Assembly: GCA_041697335.1 (NCBI GenBank) | Contig: JBGUGD010000039.1 | Span: 128,001 to 192,000 of the forward strand | From: Vampirovibrionaceae bacterium NZW_1234 | Lineage (GTDB): Bacteria > Cyanobacteriota > Vampirovibrionia > Vampirovibrionales > JAGQHJ01 | Reading direction: 5' to 3' | DNA length: 64,000 bases | Program-made: the position numbers and the translations under genes | Shown: piece after piece, positions 58,455-64,000 of the stretch | How positions within the stretch are numbered: the stretch's first letter is position 1 | How the letters are laid out: each line of letters begins with the position of its first letter | The notes under the pieces: generated by a model | Seen by the model: the letters and a program-made list of their open reading frames with translations, nothing else | Databases searched by the model: none | Told to the model about the DNA's origin: nothing

Positions 58455-59030
58455 TTAGGATCTCGACCCGTGTGAGCCTCCATGACCTGCGGAGGTAGGT
58501 TGGGTTTGATTATTTGATGGCCTGTTTTGAAGCATTCGTCGATATTGGGCTTCTAAAGGCCCAATAGGAAGAATTGGATGAGAGAATGGTTGACGAACCA
58601 TTGTTTCATCGGTTAAGTCAGCACTTAAAAAACCTGATTCGGCTAAAAACGGGTTCTGGCCGTTTGGCCCTAAACGTGCGTCTGGACGAATAATTGCAAA
58701 TGGCCGCATGTAATCTACATGGCGCTCCTGTTGCTCCTGAGGTGGATGGTATGGCTGCCCGGTCAACTTACACCAGGCCGCTTTGGGCAATTCAATAAAA
58801 ACATCGCGAAGCACCGTCTTAACGGATTTAAAAAATCCAGAAATGCCGTTGGACACCCAATCCACAAACTTTTGGCCCAAATTGCGATTATCCGGTGCGG
58901 GCGGTCTTGGGTTTAAAGCTTCAAAACTGTCTTCCGGTGTGTCAAAGAGATACGGGTGCAACATCGTGTTGCCACGTGACTCCGAATGTGAGCCGTTAAC
59001 ACCATGTCCTGCTGAAACGGGTTGAACCAT
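58455..59030 (-). CDS. Hypothetical protein with a repeated terminal SAGHG motif
   Basis: GAGGGG RBS; 191 aa. Confidence 0.7.
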   Translation of the reverse strand: MVQPVSAGHGVNGSHSESRGNTMLHPYLFDTPEDSFEALNPRPPAPDNRNLGQKFVDWVSNGISGFFKSVKTVLRDVFIELPKAAWCKLTGQPYHPPQEQQERHVDYMRPFAIIRPDARLGPNGQNPFLAESGFLSADLTDETMVRQPFSHPILPIGPLEAQYRRMLQNRPSNNQTQPTSAGHGGSHGSRS

Positions 59031-59169
59031 TTGCGCCCCTCTGCACCCCTTTAAAACACTAATCCCCTATGGGTATAAAAACCAACCGGACGAGAGTTGT
59101 GTCGGATTATTTCGAATGTTTCTAGAGTTGTTTTATAAATATAACCAGCATTTAAGTCGATTTTACAAA

Positions 59170-59736
59170 CTATGATTTTGATTTTTGCTTCTTCGTGGAC
59201 TTACTGACTTCTTTGGCAAGGGCATTGACCAGGTCTTTTTGCTTTTTGCTCTTAAATTTGGTCTTGGGCAGCTTGTTGGGCAACTCCGAGACATTTTGAT
59301 TCTTAAATACCCAGTAATCCAATCCATAGCAACGGCCCGAATCCGCCAGGACCAAGACCCCGAAAATGGTGGTTAGCAGAAACCACAGATTGTGATGAAA
59401 CGGGCTCAGATGTCCGCACAAAAACCATAATCCCACGGCCACCATCAGACCCAAACCAGCAGCTTGCCGCGTAAAAAACCCCAAACCAATAGCCCCAGCA
59501 AGCAACAGCTGGCCTACGGAAAAAATAGTGCCAATCTGCTCGGCATAAGGATACACCACCTGATGCAAAACCCAGCGTACTGGGCCATAGGGATTTGCCT
59601 GAGCAAACACATCCAGGGTCGCCGGCAATTGTTCGATAAAACTGCGATCCAAATTGGGTAAAGCAGACCAAAGCAACCAGCCACCCACCACCACTCGGAG
59701 CAAGGCAACCGACTTTGTTACAGTGGGCTCGCTCAT
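59170..59736 (-). CDS. DoxX-family membrane protein
   Basis: LLRVVVG, IGLGFFTR and GRCYGLD motifs; four TM helices; GGGGAG RBS. Confidence 0.8.
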   Translation of the reverse strand: MSEPTVTKSVALLRVVVGGWLLWSALPNLDRSFIEQLPATLDVFAQANPYGPVRWVLHQVVYPYAEQIGTIFSVGQLLLAGAIGLGFFTRQAAGLGLMVAVGLWFLCGHLSPFHHNLWFLLTTIFGVLVLADSGRCYGLDYWVFKNQNVSELPNKLPKTKFKSKKQKDLVNALAKEVSKSTKKQKSKS

Positions 59737-59823
59737 CGAAAAAGAACTCTCCCCATTTTGTCTAAAGGCTGTACAATCTGTGTTTAGAAGCTTACCATTA
59801 TCTCTAGGAAAGAGGAAGGCAGT

Positions 59824-61284
59824 ATGCCAAACCCACAATGTCTTATTATTCCAATTGACTCTCGACCAGTCTGTTATGACCAGGTTTTGGACCTTGCAGC
59901 GATTGGAAACGTAGAAGCTCTCTTGCCTCCTCGTAGCCTTCTTAGCTATATGAAAGAAGCCGCACCGATCCCACAACTTTGGGAGTGGTGGCAAAAGGCA
60001 CTCAATCAATATAAAGAAGCCCCTATCATTATGGCCTTGGACATGATTTCCCATGGCGGTCTGATCCCGAGCCGGTTGACACAAGATCCGCTGGAGGATT
60101 TAAAGGCTCGCGTCCAAGTTTTCTTTGATGAGCTTAAGAAAACACACCGTCCCCGCTACGGCTTTACATCCATTCTCAGACTCCCTAATTACAATAATGC
60201 CGAAGAAGAACCTCACTACTGGGAAGGCTTTGGAACTTTGCTGCATGAGTTCAGTGTCATTACTCATCAGCGCGGCAGTATGCCGGAACATATTTTGAAC
60301 CAGGTACCAGGTCCTTATATGCAGGATTTTCTGGAACGTCGGCAACGCAACTTTCAGTTGAATCAATCTCACATAAGCTTGTTGGAAAAAGGCTTATTGG
60401 ACTTCCTGATTTACTGTCAGGATGACACAGGGCCAGTTGGTCTTCCGGTACAGGAGGCTGACTTTTTCAAAAATGAACTTCGTAAGCGCCGACTCCATAT
60501 GAAAGGCGTGGTTCAGACGGGCGCAGATGAAGTTGCACTCCTTCTTTTAGCCAAGTCACTTTGGGCAAAAGAAGTACAAACCTTAAAAGTTTATCCATGG
60601 TTCTTTCCTGACCACGGACGAAAAATTATGGCGTTATTCGACGGCGTTCCTGTTGGCAACGTCGTACAACGCCATTTACAATCTGTTGGTGCAACACCAT
60701 GCCTGGCACCCAAAGATGCGGATTTTATTTTGATGATAAACGCGCCTCACACTAAAATGGGTGATCACTGTGTCAACGAATCTCACATTGACAATAAATC
60801 CTACATTCCTGAAGCTGTTGAAGCCCTTAAAACCTGGCTGCCTTCGAAAAACATTGTTTTGGCTGATGTTGCCTTTGCAAATGGGGGCGACCCAGCTCTA
60901 ATGAATGCATGCCTGGATGCAGGTGTACCCTTAGACAAGTTATCCGGCTACTCAGGCTGGAACACACCTGGAAATGCCATTGGGACAGCCATAGCTATTG
61001 GAGCAATGACTACCTGGGCTCAACGCCATAATTGTTACAACCCAGAAGCCAAGCAGCGCCTCCTATTTAAACGACTCCTGGATGATTGGCATTATCAAGG
61101 CGAGGTCCGGATGCAGTTACGGCAAAAATCACAAAAAGACAGCCTGATTAGCATTGATGAATTACAACAGGTTTTACAGCCACGAATCGATAACTTGAAA
61201 GGGCTTTTAGGGTTGCCAACACTTCAAGCAGATGTGAGTTTTCCTTGCTTCCGCTTATTTGAGATCGACGTCAAACTAACCTAG
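59824..61284 (+). CDS. DUF4127-family protein
   Basis: IPIDSRP, DMISHGGLIPSR, QDD, GADE, ADVAFANG, YSGWNT and DDWHY motifs. Confidence 0.8.
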   Translation: MPNPQCLIIPIDSRPVCYDQVLDLAAIGNVEALLPPRSLLSYMKEAAPIPQLWEWWQKALNQYKEAPIIMALDMISHGGLIPSRLTQDPLEDLKARVQVFFDELKKTHRPRYGFTSILRLPNYNNAEEEPHYWEGFGTLLHEFSVITHQRGSMPEHILNQVPGPYMQDFLERRQRNFQLNQSHISLLEKGLLDFLIYCQDDTGPVGLPVQEADFFKNELRKRRLHMKGVVQTGADEVALLLLAKSLWAKEVQTLKVYPWFFPDHGRKIMALFDGVPVGNVVQRHLQSVGATPCLAPKDADFILMINAPHTKMGDHCVNESHIDNKSYIPEAVEALKTWLPSKNIVLADVAFANGGDPALMNACLDAGVPLDKLSGYSGWNTPGNAIGTAIAIGAMTTWAQRHNCYNPEAKQRLLFKRLLDDWHYQGEVRMQLRQKSQKDSLISIDELQQVLQPRIDNLKGLLGLPTLQADVSFPCFRLFEIDVKLT

Positions 61285-61289
61285 TCTTC

Positions 61290-62072
61290 ATGAATTGCCT
61301 GTCCAGTCTTCAGAATCCTAAAGTCAAAGCAGTGGTGCGGCTTCATCAGCGAAAGCATCGGGATGCCGAAAATCGTATCCTTGTGGAAGGTCAGCATCCG
61401 GTGGCAGAAGCCTTGGCCTTAGGGGTGGTTTTGGAGGATCTGTTTGTCACGGATCCCACCTTCATTCCACCGGGCTATCCCGATTCATTCACGGTTGTTT
61501 CCCCGGACGTTATGGCAAAAATGAGCACCACCGACTCGCCCGCACCTATCTTGGCTGTTGCCCAAAAACCCGCTCAACCGGAGCGCTCCTTTCTAAAAAA
61601 ACCCCAAGTGAAGCTCCTGGCATTACTGGATCTACAAGATCCCGGCAATGTGGGAACCCTGATTCGAGCCGCCTGTGCCTTTGGCTTGCAGGGTCTCATC
61701 ATGGTGGGGCAGGCTGTCGATCCCTTTCATCCCAAGATCATCCGGTCGTCGGCAGGCATGATTTTTAAACTGCCGGTGTTATCCGAGCCCAATGTATCTT
61801 CCTTATTCTCGACCCTGGACACCTATGGTCCGTTTCAGATTTGGGCAGCCGATGCCCATCAGGGCCAATCCTATAAGCACACAAACTTTGGCACGAAATG
61901 GGTGTTATTAATGGGCAGCGAAGCCCATGGCATTCCACAAGACGCATGGGATAAAGCACAGGCCATTCATATTCCTTCGGAGCCCCAGGTGGAATCGCTC
62001 AATGTGGCTGTGGCAGGGGCTATCTTAATGGCTGAAGCCTACCAGCAAGAACGCCCGTTATCACCACGATAA
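61290..62072 (+). CDS. TrmH/SpoU-family RNA methyltransferase
   Basis: SLQNPKVK, QDPGNVGTLIR, GSEAHG and ESLNVAVA motifs. Confidence 0.93.
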   Translation: MNCLSSLQNPKVKAVVRLHQRKHRDAENRILVEGQHPVAEALALGVVLEDLFVTDPTFIPPGYPDSFTVVSPDVMAKMSTTDSPAPILAVAQKPAQPERSFLKKPQVKLLALLDLQDPGNVGTLIRAACAFGLQGLIMVGQAVDPFHPKIIRSSAGMIFKLPVLSEPNVSSLFSTLDTYGPFQIWAADAHQGQSYKHTNFGTKWVLLMGSEAHGIPQDAWDKAQAIHIPSEPQVESLNVAVAGAILMAEAYQQERPLSPR

Positions 62073-62106
62073 TTCATGAGTAAATTTTAAAAAACAATTT
62101 TTCAAA

Positions 62107-62143
62107 ATCCGCTAAAAAACCAGCGTGGTGTTTTCTAGCGGAT
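62107..62143 (+). terminator. Stem-loop after the TrmH-family gene
   Basis: ATCCGCTA...TAGCGGAT arms enclosing an imperfect inner stem. Confidence 0.5.
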
Positions 62144-62219
62144 AGGAATCTCATGAAAAAACTTCATAAATTGAAATAAAATATAAATTTTTTCATCACA
62201 AAAGGTTTAATTCATGTAG

Positions 62220-62664
62220 ATGTTCGTGTCACTGATTTAGAAGATAAACATGGGAGAACTGAGGATATAGGTTACGCACGGATCTAGGAACACGATTGAC
62301 AAAAAAAATCGGAACGTTGGCTTTCACAAATTAACAGACCACTTTGTCGTTTGCACGATTCAGGACCGTTTGGCCTGAACCGGACGACGTGTGGGTAAGA
62401 AGAAAGTTTTGTTTTGATCATACCAGGACTGTTCACGCGACATGCTGCGGATGGACATTCTTAGACGACGATGGACCCCATCGTTTCTGGGAAGAAACCA
62501 TGGCATTCAAACATGTCCAACCCGATGTTTCCGTGATGAGCCTTGGGTAATGATACTCGTTTTAACTGATCACATTAGCCAGTGTGTTGCCGCTCCAATA
62601 AACTGACCATACGGTTAGTCTAACTCGGAGAACCCTTCTTCCACCCGGAAGAAGGATTTTTTTT
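62220..62664 (+). ncRNA. Candidate GGA-repeat sRNA (CsrB/RsmZ-like); 5' end approximate
   Basis: 12 GGA vs 0 TCC in 62250-62495; no credible ORF; ends in a plus-strand terminator with a T8 tail. Confidence 0.5.
62634..62664 (+). terminator. Rho-independent terminator
   Basis: CCTTCTTCC-ACCC-GGAAGAAGG followed by A and T8. Confidence 0.85.
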
Positions 62665-62675
62665 GCAAAGGGTTG

Positions 62676-63287
62676 CTAGGGCTTGTTTAACGCCACTCTG
62701 GGATCCTGAGAGACTTTGGGCATTTGTGATAAAAAGTTGGCCACATTGCGAGAATCCTCAGCCGGTGTATCCCCGATAGCCACGAAGAGCATCTGACTTT
62801 TTTCCAGATTTAAAATCCCCGCTTGAGAAATTTTACCCTGAGAATCGGTATATTTAATGGCATTGACCGTTTGCTTGCCGAGCTTGAAGGTACTGACTTT
62901 TCCCTGCTCAATGCCCTTGAGTGTTTCCTTGATTTCCGGGCGTACCTGAAAGGACGAAATGGCTTTCTGGACATCGGGCTCAGAAAAGGGACGTTGTGTC
63001 TGCTCTTGATTTTCAGACGCCTGCGCGGCTTTGGGTTCCACCAACACCATGGCCAACTGATTTTGCGAATCTGCAAAGATGGCCAGGCGATTGTCCTCCA
63101 AGTCAAAGCCAATCAAGGACATCACATGGCTGGGCGTCGGGCCGCCATACACTTCTTGTGCCACCACACGCATCTGCTGCATAACCTGCCCGCCAAAATA
63201 AAAGAGCGCTCCAAGGGCAAGGACACACAGCCCAATAACAACAGAAACAATGGTTAGCGCAATTTTCCACTTTTTACTTAACGCCAT
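62676..63287 (-). CDS. Hypothetical protein with N-terminal membrane anchor
   Basis: MALSKKWK followed by a hydrophobic helix; about 203 aa. Confidence 0.7.
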   Translation of the reverse strand: MALSKKWKIALTIVSVVIGLCVLALGALFYFGGQVMQQMRVVAQEVYGGPTPSHVMSLIGFDLEDNRLAIFADSQNQLAMVLVEPKAAQASENQEQTQRPFSEPDVQKAISSFQVRPEIKETLKGIEQGKVSTFKLGKQTVNAIKYTDSQGKISQAGILNLEKSQMLFVAIGDTPAEDSRNVANFLSQMPKVSQDPRVALNKP

Positions 63288-63374
63288 TGTGATCAAACCT
63301 TCACCAATACCAACGCTAGGTTTTGTATCGGCCCATCCTCCTAAAACTTGAAGAGAAAAGCAGCAGACCGGCCA

Positions 63375-64000
63375 TTAAAGGATGGTTTCTAAACCATAAT
63401 AAAAACCTTGAAGCGTCACCATTTTTCTGACGGCCAAGGCCACACCCGGCATAAAGGAGGTCCGATCCAGACTGTCATGGCGAAGGGTCAGCGTCTGGCC
63501 AACGCCACCAAAAATGACCTCCTGATGCGCGACGAGCCCCGGCAGGCGGACACTGTGAATCCGAATACCAGCGTCCGTTTTTCCACCCCGTGACCCGGCC
63601 AGAATTTCCTTTTCCTGAGCTTCCGGGATATTGGTGCTGGCAAACCGGGACTGGGCTTCTTCCATTAATAACGCTGTCTTCAAGGCCGTTCCGCTGGGAG
63701 CGTCCACTTTCTGGTTGTGATGGAATTCGATGATTTCCGCATGATCAAAATATTGACTGGCCTGCTGGGCAAATTTCATCAACAACACAGCCCCAATGGC
63801 AAAGTTGGGGACCACAATGGCCGACGTTTTCTTGTCCTCAACCATCGCCCGAATCTGCGCCATCCCCTCATCCGAAAGCCCTGTCGTCCCAATGACACAG
63901 CGCCCTCCATGGCGAAGGATTTCGAGCGAATTGTTTAAGACAAAGGCAGGGGCCGTAAAGTCAACCACAACCTGGGGTTGATACTTGGCCATAGCCTCAC
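63375..64000 (-). CDS. dapB: 4-hydroxy-tetrahydrodipicolinate reductase, 5'-truncated by the window
   Basis: VDFT, VIGTTG, PNFAIG, EFHHNQKVDAPSGTA and HSVRLPG motifs. Confidence 0.95.
   Translation of the reverse strand, partial: EAMAKYQPQVVVDFTAPAFVLNNSLEILRHGGRCVIGTTGLSDEGMAQIRAMVEDKKTSAIVVPNFAIGAVLLMKFAQQASQYFDHAEIIEFHHNQKVDAPSGTALKTALLMEEAQSRFASTNIPEAQEKEILAGSRGGKTDAGIRIHSVRLPGLVAHQEVIFGGVGQTLTLRHDSLDRTSFMPGVALAVRKMVTLQGFYYGLETIL

Overview
A gene-dense bacterial chromosomal segment. Gene content suggests a non-photosynthetic cyanobacterial relative (Vampirovibrionia/Melainabacteria). This is inference from cyanobacteria-like housekeeping genes, no photosynthesis genes, flagella and a fused complex III-IV operon. 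In order it holds: a partial GH35-like gene; a coupled operon of two paralogous orphan membrane proteins plus a GH13 amylase; acyl-CoA dehydrogenase; ispD-thiL; peroxiredoxin flanked by two small Gly-rich proteins; MerR; a Tad/Flp pilus locus; rnc-cdsA-rpsP; a 13-gene respiratory operon (ccoN, ccoO fusion, cytochrome c, Rieske, two divergent cytochromes b, MvhD-like protein, six microproteins); oppD; ctpA; nagA; queC; a HEAT protein; an orphan ParB-like gene next to a hairpin/direct-repeat region; icd; dapA-asd; HK/RR/HDOD; flgBC-fliEFGHI; DoxX; DUF4127; a TrmH-family gene; and partial dapB. Main leads: (1) the two cytochromes b have complementary losses, suggesting an asymmetric bc complex wired to cytoplasmic Fe-S proteins; (2) two ORF-free, strand-biased GGA-rich regions ending in hairpins (candidate CsrB-like RNAs); (3) the ParB-like gene with a 35-bp hairpin and N6-spaced palindromes; (4) the paralogous membrane pair plus amylase, and recurring N-terminal RFG and C-terminal GxxLNxxA/G motifs (possible export signals). 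No rRNA, tRNA, CRISPR array, transposase or integrase was seen. All calls are by-eye motif recognition; no database search was run.
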